A stretch of 64,000 nt of DNA from contig OY970192.1 in assembly GCA_963708135.1 (NCBI GenBank), positions 2,112,001 through 2,176,000 on the forward strand. The letters run 5' to 3'. The stretch is from an uncultured Gemmatimonadales bacterium (lineage in GTDB: Bacteria > Gemmatimonadota > Gemmatimonadetes > Longimicrobiales > RSA9). A program made the translations under genes and the position numbers. Position 1 is the first letter of the stretch. Each line of letters begins with the position of its first letter. Below are positions 19,741 through 28,870 of this stretch, in pieces. The notes under the pieces are model-generated. The model had not been told where the DNA came from. It was given only the letters and a program-made list of their open reading frames with translations, and ran no database searches.

Positions 19741-21245
19741 GCGGCGCGAACGCTCCGTCCAAGCCCGGCGAGATGAGCGAGATCAGGAGACTGGGGAAGC
19801 ATACGGCGATCTACGCCACGGGGACGCTGCTCGCGAAGCTCGCGAGCTTCCTCATGCTGCCGATCTACACGCACTTCCTCACCCCGTCCGACTACGGCGT
19901 CCTCGAGCTTCTGTCGATGACGATCAATGTGGTCGGCATGCTGGCGGGGATCGGGATCGGCGTGAGCGTCTTCCGTTTCCGGGCCGAGTACGCCGAGGAG
20001 CGGGACAAGGCGGCCGTGATGAGCACCGCCGCGATCGCCATGACGGTGACCGCCCTCGCCACCGCAGGGCTCGGGATCTTCTTCTCCCCGGCGCTGAGCC
20101 ACGTGATCCTCAAGGGCGCCGGGCGCGCCATCTACTTCCGCGTGTTCTTCCTGACCTATCTGGCGCAGACGCTGGAAACGATCCCGCTGCTGCAGGTTCG
20201 GGCCGAGGAGCGGTCAACGTTCTTCGTGGGTGTCAGCACGGCGAAGCTCGTCGGCATGCTGACGCTGAACATCTATCTCGTGGCCATCCGGGGAATGGGC
20301 GTGATGGGCGTGCTGGTCAGCAGCCTCGTCGTGACGAGCACCTCGGCGCTGCTGCTGGGGATCGGGATGTTCCGTCGGACGGGCATGCGCTTCGACCTCG
20401 AGAAGCTCGGAAGGATGGTCGGCTACGGCTATCCCATGGTGTTCGTGTTCGTCGGCAACTTCATCCTCGTGTTCTCGGATCGTTACTTCCTGCAACAGTT
20501 CTCGAGCACGGCGCAGGTGGGCCTCTACTCCCTCGCCTACCAGTTCGCGTTCGTGCTCTCCGCGTTCGCGATGACTCCATTCCAGCAGATCTGGGCGCCG
20601 CAGCGCTTCGTGATCGCCACGCGCCCGGACGCCAGGGAGATCTTCGCCCGCGTCTTCACGTACCTCAACCTGGCGCTGGGCGCCATTGCCCTGGGCCTCG
20701 TGCTGTTCGCCGGCGACGTGCTGCGGATCATGTCGGCCCCGGCGTTCTGGCGGGCGGCTCCCATCGTGCCGATGCTCGTGGCGGCGCAGGTGCTGTGGAG
20801 CTGGTGCAACTTCGTGAACATCGGCCTGCTGGTGGAGGAGCGGACGGGAAGCCTCGCCGGGGCGTCCACGGTCGGCGTCGCCGCGACGCTGTTGCTCAAC
20901 TTCCTCCTGATCCCGCGTTACGGCATGTGGGGTGCCGCGGGCGCCACGTTCCTGGCGTACGGCGTGCGTTTCTCCGCCATCTACATGGTCGGACAGCGCA
21001 GGTACCCGATCCCGTTCGAGTGGGGCCGCCTGGGGCGGCTGTACTCGATCGTCGCGGCGGCGGCAGCCGTGCGGCTGATCGCGGGACAGATGCCACTGGC
21101 CGGCTCCGTCGGGCTGAGCGCGGCACTGGCCCTCGTCGCGGCGGGAACCGCGTACGCCTTCGTGTTGAAGCGGCCGGAGCGCGAGAGGCTCCGGGAGCTC
21201 ATTCGAAGCAGGACCCTGCTGGCGGCGGCCGCGTTGCGCGGATGA
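19737..21245 (+). CDS. wzx: Wzx-type polysaccharide flippase
   Basis: LLAKLASFLMLPIYTHFLTPSDYG, SDRYFL..VGLYSLA, LLIPRYGMWGAA; many TM segments. Confidence 0.88.
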   Translation: MSGANAPSKPGEMSEIRRLGKHTAIYATGTLLAKLASFLMLPIYTHFLTPSDYGVLELLSMTINVVGMLAGIGIGVSVFRFRAEYAEERDKAAVMSTAAIAMTVTALATAGLGIFFSPALSHVILKGAGRAIYFRVFFLTYLAQTLETIPLLQVRAEERSTFFVGVSTAKLVGMLTLNIYLVAIRGMGVMGVLVSSLVVTSTSALLLGIGMFRRTGMRFDLEKLGRMVGYGYPMVFVFVGNFILVFSDRYFLQQFSSTAQVGLYSLAYQFAFVLSAFAMTPFQQIWAPQRFVIATRPDAREIFARVFTYLNLALGAIALGLVLFAGDVLRIMSAPAFWRAAPIVPMLVAAQVLWSWCNFVNIGLLVEERTGSLAGASTVGVAATLLLNFLLIPRYGMWGAAGATFLAYGVRFSAIYMVGQRRYPIPFEWGRLGRLYSIVAAAAAVRLIAGQMPLAGSVGLSAALALVAAGTAYAFVLKRPERERLRELIRSRTLLAAAALRG

Positions 21246-21261
21246 CCGGAGCTCTCCTCCC

Positions 21262-22182
21262 ATGACGACGACCCGGCTGCGGGTGAAGGGCGGGATCGAG
21301 CGGCTGCTCTGCCGCAGCGGGGTGGCCCGGCTTGCCCGCGCGGCGCGACGCGAGCGCTCGTTGATCCTGGCGTACCACAACATCGTGCCGGACGGCCAGC
21401 CGGCGGGCGGGGAGATGAGCCTCCACCTCCCGCAACGCAGCTTTGCCGATCAACTCGATCTGCTTCTGGAAACGCATGACATCGTGCCGCTCGAGGCCTT
21501 GTTCTCTCCACAACGCGACTCGAGGCCGCGCGCCGTGATCACGTTCGACGATGCCTACGCGGGCGCCGTGACCGCGGGGGCGGACGAGCTTCTCCGGCGG
21601 GGGCTGCCCGCGACGTTCTTCGTCGCGCCGGCCTTCGTGGGCGGCGCCACCTTCTGGTGGGACGTGCTGGCCGGTGCGCATGGACGCGGCCTGGCACCGG
21701 CCATCCGGGCGGTGGGGCTCGACGCGCTCGAGGGCGACGACCCGGCCATCCGCGCATGGGCGGCGCGCGGCGGGCTCGAACCCTCCATCCTTCCGGCCCA
21801 CCAGCGGTGCGCCACGGAGGCGGAGCTCTCGCGCGTTGCCCGCGAGCCCGGAATCGTGCTCGCCTCACACACCTGGAGCCACCGGAACCTCCCGCGGCTG
21901 GAGGCGGGCGAGCTCCTGACCGAGCTCACGCGGCCGCTCGAATGGCTCCGCGAGCGCTTCGAGAACGTGCTTCCGTGGCTGGCCTATCCCTACGGGAGGA
22001 GCTCGCCGCCGGTCGAGGCGGCGGCGGAGCGTGCCGGCTATGCCGGCGCGGTGCTCGTGGAGGGCGGCTACCTGCACACCTCCGCTCTTGCGGCCTGCTT
22101 CAGCATCCCGCGGATCAACGTCCCGGCAGGAATCTCGATCGCCGGGTTCGAGCTGAGAGCGGCGGGCGTTCTCGGGGACTGA
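21262..22182 (+). CDS. Polysaccharide deacetylase (CE4/NodB-like)
   Basis: ILAYHNI, ITFDDAY, ATFFV, ASHTWSH, LAYPYG. Confidence 0.88.
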   Translation: MTTTRLRVKGGIERLLCRSGVARLARAARRERSLILAYHNIVPDGQPAGGEMSLHLPQRSFADQLDLLLETHDIVPLEALFSPQRDSRPRAVITFDDAYAGAVTAGADELLRRGLPATFFVAPAFVGGATFWWDVLAGAHGRGLAPAIRAVGLDALEGDDPAIRAWAARGGLEPSILPAHQRCATEAELSRVAREPGIVLASHTWSHRNLPRLEAGELLTELTRPLEWLRERFENVLPWLAYPYGRSSPPVEAAAERAGYAGAVLVEGGYLHTSALAACFSIPRINVPAGISIAGFELRAAGVLGD

Positions 22183-22197
22183 CCGGAAAGGGTCTTC

Positions 22198-22806
22198 ATG
22201 GGAACCATACCCGCACGTTTGCTGGATCGCTACGCTCGCTACAAGCTCAAGTACGCGTCGGATCTCGTGTTCGTGCACATCAACAAGACGGGCGGCAGCA
22301 GCATCGAGCGGGCGCTGGGGCTGCCGTTCCAGCACAAGACCGCGCTCGAGCTCAGGCGCGAGCTGGGTGAGCGCCGTTGGGCAAGCCGCTTCACGTTCAC
22401 CTTCGTTCGCAACCCCTGGGACAAGGTCGCGTCCCACTACCACTTCCGGGTGAAGACCAATCAGACCGGCCTTGCCGAGCGTCCCCTCCCCTTCACGGCA
22501 TGGGTCCGGCTCGCCTACGGGGAGCAGGATCCGAGATACCACGACCAGCCGAAGATGTTCATGCCCCAGGTGTGCTGGATCAGCGACGAGTCCGGGCTGG
22601 TCATCGTGGACTTCGTCGGACGCTTCGAGCGCCTCTCGGACGACTTCGACGCCATCTGCCGGCGCCTCGGGCGCACCTCGACTCTGCCCCACCTGAAACG
22701 CTCGACGAACGACGATTACCGGCGCGAGTACTCGGCGGAAGCGGCCGAGATCGTCGCCGTGCGCTTCGCGGAGGACATCCGGCTGTTCGGCTACACGTTC
22801 GACTGA
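22198..22806 (+). CDS. Sulfotransferase, Sulfotransfer_2 family
   Basis: FVHINKTGGSSI, FVRNPWDKVASHY, DFVGRFERL, ends DIRLFGYTF. Confidence 0.88.
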   Translation: MGTIPARLLDRYARYKLKYASDLVFVHINKTGGSSIERALGLPFQHKTALELRRELGERRWASRFTFTFVRNPWDKVASHYHFRVKTNQTGLAERPLPFTAWVRLAYGEQDPRYHDQPKMFMPQVCWISDESGLVIVDFVGRFERLSDDFDAICRRLGRTSTLPHLKRSTNDDYRREYSAEAAEIVAVRFAEDIRLFGYTFD

Positions 22807-22955
22807 GACCACCCTCCGGGCATCCGCCACCCGGAAATTTTGTTCGAGCCCGCCACAAGATTTCACCTCCCGCACCTGGCAAGACCCCCGGGATCCCATC
22901 CAGAGTTCCTTTCGCCACACGAGCTTAGGGACAGCCCGCCGTCTCTCCAACCAGC

Positions 22956-22971
22956 TGGCGCGTGCATTGCG
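22956..22971 (+). promoter_or_regulatory. sigma54 -24/-12 promoter upstream of the riboswitch
   Basis: TGGCGCGTGCATTGCG, close to the TGGCAC-N5-TTGC consensus. Confidence 0.7.
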
Positions 22972-23012
22972 CCCGGTCGCGCTCGCCACTCCGGTCGGGT
23001 GGCCCACAGGAA

Positions 23013-23102
23013 TGCTGCTCAGAGCAAAGCGGTCGAAAGGCCGCGGCGCAGAGCCATGGGGCTAACGCGGGTCCACCCGCCATGCTCGCCAGGCCGCCAG
23101 CA
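23013..23102 (+). ncRNA. GEMM-I cyclic-dinucleotide riboswitch aptamer, A20 variant (predicted 3',3'-cGAMP-responsive)
   Basis: P1 TGCTG(23013-17)/CAGCA(23098-102); J1/2 CTCAGA then GCAAA; P2 GCGGTC-GAAA-GGCCGC; GGCGCAGA; P3 with the CTAA...ATG tetraloop receptor; C92 equivalent at 23097. Lies in the 5' UTR of the gene at 23237. Confidence 0.85.
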
Positions 23103-23236
23103 ACTGGTTCCGCGTAGAGCGGAAGCTGTTCGCCGGCGGCCTTCTTCGTCGCCGCCCCGCATGGGGGCAGACTTCGCAGGAAATGTATCAGCCGGGTCGT
23201 TGATGAAGACGGCCGCAACTGCAGGAGGCACTGACG

Positions 23237-25630
23237 ATGGTGCGCAAGTCCAGGAAGCCGACAGGCGTTCCGGCGGCCGTGTTCGGGCTGCTCGCCACGA
23301 CGGTTCTCGTCGTGGCATCGTGTACGGGAGACAACATGTTCACGCCGGACGTGGAGCGCGCTCCCGTCTCGATCCAGCTGACCCCGTCGCAGATCACCTT
23401 CACGAGCCTTGGCGACACGGCATCGATCCGGAACGTACCCGGTGGCGCGATCACCTGGAGCGTGGCGGATCCGGGTGTGGCCACCGTCAGCAGCTCAGGA
23501 AAGGTAAGAGCCGTCTCGAGCGGCTCGACCTACGTGAGGGGGCACAACGGCAACTCGACGGACAGCGTGAAGGTGCACGTGACGCAGCAGCCCGCCACGA
23601 TCACGGTCTCGCCTGGATCCCAGACGCTGAACGGCCTCGGCGCCCAGGCACGGCTTAGCGCCGTCGTGCTGGACGAAGGCGGAAGCGTGGTAAAGAACGC
23701 CTCGGTCAGCTGGCGCGCCGACAACGCGGCGGTGATCGGTGTGAACAACAGCGGGCACGTCACGGCCGTGGGACAGGGCTCCACCTACGCGGTGGCGGTT
23801 TCTGGAGCAACCTCGGATTCGGCCGCCATCACCGTCGTGCAGGACGTCACGACCATCTCCATCCAGTCGGCCGGGGTCTCCCTCGCCGTCGGCGATTCCG
23901 TCACCCTGTCGGTGACCGTGCTCGACGCCAGCGGTGCGGTCGTGGACTCGGCGCCACTCGCCTGGAGCTCATCGAACCCCGGGGTCGCCACGGTCACCAA
24001 CGGCACGGTCAAGGGCGTTGCGGCCGGCACGGCTCAGGTCACCGCCACGAGCGGCACGGCGTCGAGCTCGGTGACCGTGACGGTCACCGCCCTGAGCACA
24101 GCGCCGGCGCCCGTGGCCTCCGTTACCGTGTCGCCCTCGTCCTCGAGCATTCAGCAGGGCGCCACGGTCCAGCTGGCGGCGACGACAAAGGACGCAAGCG
24201 GGACCGTGGTCACGGGGCGCACCATCACCTGGTCGAGCTCGGACGCCGGCATCGCGACGGTCTCCAGCACCGGGTTCGTGACTGCCGTGGCCGCCGGCTC
24301 GGCGATCATCACCGCGACCAGTGAGGGCGTGAACGGCGCGGCTGCCGTGGGGGTCACCGTGCCCGCCCAGGCGCCGGCGGCGTCGATCACCATTGCCCCG
24401 GCGGACGCGACGGCTCAGGTTGGTGGCACAGTCCAACTCACGGCCACCCTGAAGGATGCGAACGGCAACGTGCTGACCGGACGGACCATTACCTGGGCAT
24501 CGCTGGCGCCCGCGATCGCGACCGTTTCGGCCGCCGGGTTGATCACCGGCGTTTCCGCCGGCACCGCGGCGATCACCGCCTCCGCCGACGCTCAGACCGC
24601 GACGGCGCAGGTGACGATTTCGGCGCCGCCCACGTCGAGCGTGTCCGGCGGGTCGATGCACGAGCCGGCGGACATGACCACGTTTGTCGCGATGGATGGC
24701 AGCGTACGCACCCCTGCCGGCTGGACCGCGACGGACGCGTGGACAGGAGCGAACGGATGGCGTGATGCCACGACAGCCGTCGTGCCCGACGGCAGCAATC
24801 CCACCGGGAGCGGATACGCCATCGAGAAGCGCTGGTACGGCCCCGAATCGGTCACGGCCGGGAGCGGCGCCACTGCGAGCTCCGTCCCCTGCACCCTCAA
24901 ATACGGCAGCTCGAGGCCGGAGGCATACAAGGGCCGCATGCTCGTGGCCGGCGGCGACACAGTTCAGATCACCGACTACACCTCGGGCGCCCTGACCCTC
25001 GCCTCGCCCCTTTCGAGCGTCCCGGCTGCGGGAGGCGCGATCACCGTGCTGGGCTCCGGTACGGACGCGGCAAGCCACACCGGCGTTCTCGGCGTCTGGC
25101 ACTGGTTGACGCTGGACCCCGCGTTCACACCCGCAAAGACGCTCTACATTCGGATGCGTGTATGGTTCAGCTCCAACTGGCCCGATACGGACCCCAACCT
25201 AGCCGGGATGAAGTTCTTCTACTTGCGCACGAGCGAGACGACGCACAACGTCCTGTTCACGTCGAACGGCGGTTCTCGCTTCTGGCAGACCTACTGGGCC
25301 ACCTTGACCAGCAACGGCGCCGCCGGCCATATCAACTACGACACCTGGTCGCCCACGGCGAACCTGGCGCCGAAGGGGAACTGGCATACGGTCGAGTTCC
25401 TCTTCGTGACCAATTCTGCGGTGGGTGTCGCAGACGGAAGCGTGACGCTCTGGGTGGACGGCGCACTGGCGACGCAGACGACCGGCGTCGAGTTCATTGC
25501 CGCCGACGACTCCGACAAGACCAACGACTTCGACGGTCTCGAGTTCTACAACCTTCGGGGTGGGGCACACCACTATTTCGATCGCGATGACACCTTCCGG
25601 CTGGGAGAGTTATACGTCAGCGGGAAGTAG
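23237..25630 (+). CDS. Surface lipoprotein with tandem Big_2-type Ig-like domains and a C-terminal ConA/polysaccharide-lyase-like beta-sandwich
   Basis: GGAGG RBS; lipobox VVASC; about 5 repeats of WSSS.P.VATV...G.V.AV..G.A.ITA; C-terminal GNWHTVEFL...ADGSVTLWVDG. Confidence 0.8.
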   Translation: MVRKSRKPTGVPAAVFGLLATTVLVVASCTGDNMFTPDVERAPVSIQLTPSQITFTSLGDTASIRNVPGGAITWSVADPGVATVSSSGKVRAVSSGSTYVRGHNGNSTDSVKVHVTQQPATITVSPGSQTLNGLGAQARLSAVVLDEGGSVVKNASVSWRADNAAVIGVNNSGHVTAVGQGSTYAVAVSGATSDSAAITVVQDVTTISIQSAGVSLAVGDSVTLSVTVLDASGAVVDSAPLAWSSSNPGVATVTNGTVKGVAAGTAQVTATSGTASSSVTVTVTALSTAPAPVASVTVSPSSSSIQQGATVQLAATTKDASGTVVTGRTITWSSSDAGIATVSSTGFVTAVAAGSAIITATSEGVNGAAAVGVTVPAQAPAASITIAPADATAQVGGTVQLTATLKDANGNVLTGRTITWASLAPAIATVSAAGLITGVSAGTAAITASADAQTATAQVTISAPPTSSVSGGSMHEPADMTTFVAMDGSVRTPAGWTATDAWTGANGWRDATTAVVPDGSNPTGSGYAIEKRWYGPESVTAGSGATASSVPCTLKYGSSRPEAYKGRMLVAGGDTVQITDYTSGALTLASPLSSVPAAGGAITVLGSGTDAASHTGVLGVWHWLTLDPAFTPAKTLYIRMRVWFSSNWPDTDPNLAGMKFFYLRTSETTHNVLFTSNGGSRFWQTYWATLTSNGAAGHINYDTWSPTANLAPKGNWHTVEFLFVTNSAVGVADGSVTLWVDGALATQTTGVEFIAADDSDKTNDFDGLEFYNLRGGAHHYFDRDDTFRLGELYVSGK

Positions 25631-25651
25631 AGAGAGTGTCCGGAGCAGCCC

Positions 25652-25689
25652 TCGGGCGGGCTCGATCCCAGCTGATCGAGCCCGCCCGA
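25652..25689. terminator. Perfect 16-bp inverted repeat between convergent genes
   Basis: TCGGGCGGGCTCGATC-ccagct-GATCGAGCCCGCCCGA; no clear U-tract. Confidence 0.6.
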
Positions 25690-25748
25690 AAACGTTGTCC
25701 AGACCCTCGAGTGCTGCGCGTAGGGAGATTGCATACTTCCTCGAGCTC

Positions 25749-27698
25749 TCAAGGGCACCAATGATCGTGCCACGCATAGAGCATGAGGATTGCCCAGAGG
25801 GCCAAAGCGAGGTCATGGTACCCGCGGTTGAAGGCGCGCCACATCCGGGCCACCTCGTCCCTCAGGATGATGTCCTCCAAGTCCGGTCGGCGGGAGAGAA
25901 GCATTTCCTCCGCCCAGGGGGCCAGTTGCCCGCGAAGCCACGCTTCGATGGGCACCGTGAAACCCACCTTGGGACGGTCAACCAATTCCGGTGGAACGTA
26001 CCGGTGCAGCAACCGCCGCAGAATCCACTTGCCCTCGCGGCCGCGTATCTTCATGGTGCCGGGTAGCCGCCACGAGAACTCCACGACCCGATGATCCAGC
26101 AAGGGAACGCGCAACTCGAGGCTCACGGCCATGCTCGCCCGGTCCACCTTGGCGAGCAGGTCATCCGGGAGATAGGTGCGCTGGTCCGTAAGCATGGCAC
26201 GGGTAAGAAAGGACGTGCCCGGCGCGCGCAGCGGTATGAGGCCACTCCCTTCCCCGCCATGCGCACCACACAGATAGACGTGCGGATTCGCGGAGACCGA
26301 CATCAAGGAGCGGTACACCTCCTCCGGGGAAGAGGCGCGAGCGAGTCGAGCCAGCTTCGTGATCTTTCGGCCGGGCAGGCGGTGCTGAAGGGTGTGCGGG
26401 ATGAAGCTTCGCGCGAGATCGTAGCCGCCTTCCCAGAAGGCCTCGGGGACGGCCAGAACGGCGGCCGCGGCCGTGCGACGGATGAGGCGAGGCACCCGAT
26501 CCAGACGCTGCATCCACCGTTCCGTCTCGATGTACCGGTTGTAGCCGCCGAACAACTCATCCCCGCCGTCTCCGGATAATGCTACAGTCACGCTCTGCCT
26601 GGCGAGACGGCATACGAGAAGCGTAGGAATCTGGGAGGGATCCGCGAACGGCTCATCGAAGATCAGCGGCAGCTCGGGTACGGTCCGCAGGGCATCATTG
26701 GCCGTAAGCACCAGCTCGGTGTGGTCCGTGCCGAGATGCGCTGCGATGCGCGCTGCGTGTGGCGCCTCGTTGTGCTTTTCCTCTTCAAAGCCGATGGAGA
26801 ACGTGCGAATGGAGCTCGAAGAAGAGCCCTGCATCAGGGCCGCGATCGTCGAGGAATCCACGCCTCCGGAAAGTAGCGCGCCCAGCGGCACATCCGCTTC
26901 CATCTCCAGTCGGACCGCGCGGTGGAGGATGGCCTCCAGCTCGTCCACAGCCTCTTCATCCGAGCCTGTGAATGGGTTCTCGACGCGCAGCCGCGCCACC
27001 TCATCCAGGTCCCAATACGGCAGCGCGGCTGGCAATGGTGCGTCTGGCCTATCCAGAGTCAGCAGATGTCCAGCGGGGAGTTTGTAAACTCCCTTGAATA
27101 TGGACCTGGGGGTTGGGACGTATAGGTATCGAAGATATGAAGCGATAGCCGATCCGTCCAGCGACCGGTCGAAACCCGGGAGGGCCATCAACGCCTTGAG
27201 CTCCGACCCGAACGTCAGCGTTCCCTTCGAACTGCAGTAGTAGAGCGGTTTCTCTCCCAGCCGGTCACGGACCAGCGTCAGTCGGCGCGCCTGTCGGTCC
27301 CAGATCGCCAGGGCAAACATCCCGACGAGTCTCGCGATGCTGCCCCGGATCCCCCAGTGATCGATCGTCGCAGCCAGGACTTCGGAATCCGAATGCCCGC
27401 GGAACGCGGTTCCAGACTGCTCGAGTTGTAATCGAAGGGCGCGGTGGTTGTACACCTCTCCATTGAAGGCGAGGACATACCTGCCGGAAGGCGAGTGCAT
27501 GGGCTGATGGCCCAGCGCGGAAAGATCGAGGATGGAGAGACGCCGGAACCCCAACCCGATTCCGTACGCCGCATCGGTCCACACGCCGTGATCGTCGGGT
27601 CCGCGATGGCGCAGGGTATCGGCCATCGTCCGGCAAGTCGAGACGAGCGAGTCCTCAGGTGCTCCAGCAGTCGTGAAAACACCGACGATGCCACACAT
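25749..27698 (-). CDS. asnB: Asparagine synthase-type glutamine amidotransferase (EPS-associated)
   Basis: Starts MCGIVG (Ntn Cys); HRGPDD, RRLSILDLS, FNGEVYN, LSGGVDSS, SGDGGDELFGGY, KVDRASMA. Confidence 0.92.
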   Translation of the reverse strand: MCGIVGVFTTAGAPEDSLVSTCRTMADTLRHRGPDDHGVWTDAAYGIGLGFRRLSILDLSALGHQPMHSPSGRYVLAFNGEVYNHRALRLQLEQSGTAFRGHSDSEVLAATIDHWGIRGSIARLVGMFALAIWDRQARRLTLVRDRLGEKPLYYCSSKGTLTFGSELKALMALPGFDRSLDGSAIASYLRYLYVPTPRSIFKGVYKLPAGHLLTLDRPDAPLPAALPYWDLDEVARLRVENPFTGSDEEAVDELEAILHRAVRLEMEADVPLGALLSGGVDSSTIAALMQGSSSSSIRTFSIGFEEEKHNEAPHAARIAAHLGTDHTELVLTANDALRTVPELPLIFDEPFADPSQIPTLLVCRLARQSVTVALSGDGGDELFGGYNRYIETERWMQRLDRVPRLIRRTAAAAVLAVPEAFWEGGYDLARSFIPHTLQHRLPGRKITKLARLARASSPEEVYRSLMSVSANPHVYLCGAHGGEGSGLIPLRAPGTSFLTRAMLTDQRTYLPDDLLAKVDRASMAVSLELRVPLLDHRVVEFSWRLPGTMKIRGREGKWILRRLLHRYVPPELVDRPKVGFTVPIEAWLRGQLAPWAEEMLLSRRPDLEDIILRDEVARMWRAFNRGYHDLALALWAILMLYAWHDHWCP

Positions 27699-27808
27699 CT
27701 GCTCACGGCTCCACAATGACCGAATTGGGTAGCAGAATCGACGCAAGCCGATCGGGTTCGAACGTCACCCGCGAGGGAGACGAATCTAACCTCGAGAAGC
27801 GTCCGACA

Positions 27809-28870
27809 TTAGAACGTCGGAATGCGGCGCGCCAGCGTGGGGCCGACGCGGTTGGCGGCGGCCAGGGGCAGGCGTCTCCAGGCGGCGGTAGCGAGGCGGA
27901 AGGCGGTGCCGCCTGGCGATCGGCCATTGGCGACGGCGCCGCGGGACCAGGCACTCCACGAGAGAGGCTCGTCGCGGCCACCCCATTGCAGCTTGAAGAG
28001 ATGGGTGCCGCCGCCGGGAGTGCACCTGCCGAAGTTGAACGTGCGGGCGCGGCGGCGGACGACCTCCTCCATGAATGCCCAGTAGAGCAGCATGTTGGCG
28101 CCGGTGCGGTTGAACTCGCGCAGCGAGGAGCCCCAGGTCATCTCGTACTCATCGCGCCAGAGGAAGCCGTATCCCGCAGCCAGCGGGATCTCATGGTCGT
28201 ACACGACGCCACAGATGATGCTGTCTCCGAACACATCAGGCAGGCGGTCGAAGAGGGCACGCGGCAGGACCGGCGTTCCCAGGTCGCGCATGTTGCGCCG
28301 GAACACCTCGTAGAAGGCATCCACCTGCTCGACCCCGAACCTGACCTCCATCCCGGCCTTCTGTGGCCGCCGGACCTTGGTTCGGAGCTTCGTCGGGAAC
28401 GCGTTCCACAGGTCGGTCGGCTCCGGCGGCAGATCGAGGAGAACGGTCACCTTGGGGCGGCCCGGGGGAAGCTCCGCCCCCTCCTGCGCCAGGTAGCGAC
28501 GCCGCAGCTCGAGGCGGTCCGCGCCCGATCGGCGCGCCTCCGCCTCTGCCTCCATCAGGAGGCGTCTGGCCGCGGCCGGGTCGCCCACGGGGCCGCCGTA
28601 GTTTAGGAACGGCATCGAGATGAGATGATGGCCGAAGAGGCGGCTGCGCATCCGGACGAGCGGAAGTATGGCGGCGATGTGGCCGTCCGGCGAGACCGCC
28701 GCGCGGAACAGCGGCTCGTGGCCGAGCACGTCGCTCATGATCTCGCGCCAGCCGGAGAGGTGGCAGAAGGTCGCGGAAGGATGGGCGAGAGCGAACTCGT
28801 CCCATGCGAGGCAGTCCGGAGGAGAGGTAACCGCCACCCCGCTCGGAACGGTCGAGCCCGTTCGGCTCAT
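27809..28870 (-). CDS. FemAB-related GNAT protein (exosortase-system associated)
   Basis: WDEFA..HPSATFCHLSGW, SMPFLNYGG, RNMRDLGTP, FNFGR, FKLQWG. ATG 28870 is coupled to the upstream stop. Confidence 0.87.
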   Translation of the reverse strand: MSRTGSTVPSGVAVTSPPDCLAWDEFALAHPSATFCHLSGWREIMSDVLGHEPLFRAAVSPDGHIAAILPLVRMRSRLFGHHLISMPFLNYGGPVGDPAAARRLLMEAEAEARRSGADRLELRRRYLAQEGAELPPGRPKVTVLLDLPPEPTDLWNAFPTKLRTKVRRPQKAGMEVRFGVEQVDAFYEVFRRNMRDLGTPVLPRALFDRLPDVFGDSIICGVVYDHEIPLAAGYGFLWRDEYEMTWGSSLREFNRTGANMLLYWAFMEEVVRRRARTFNFGRCTPGGGTHLFKLQWGGRDEPLSWSAWSRGAVANGRSPGGTAFRLATAAWRRLPLAAANRVGPTLARRIPTF

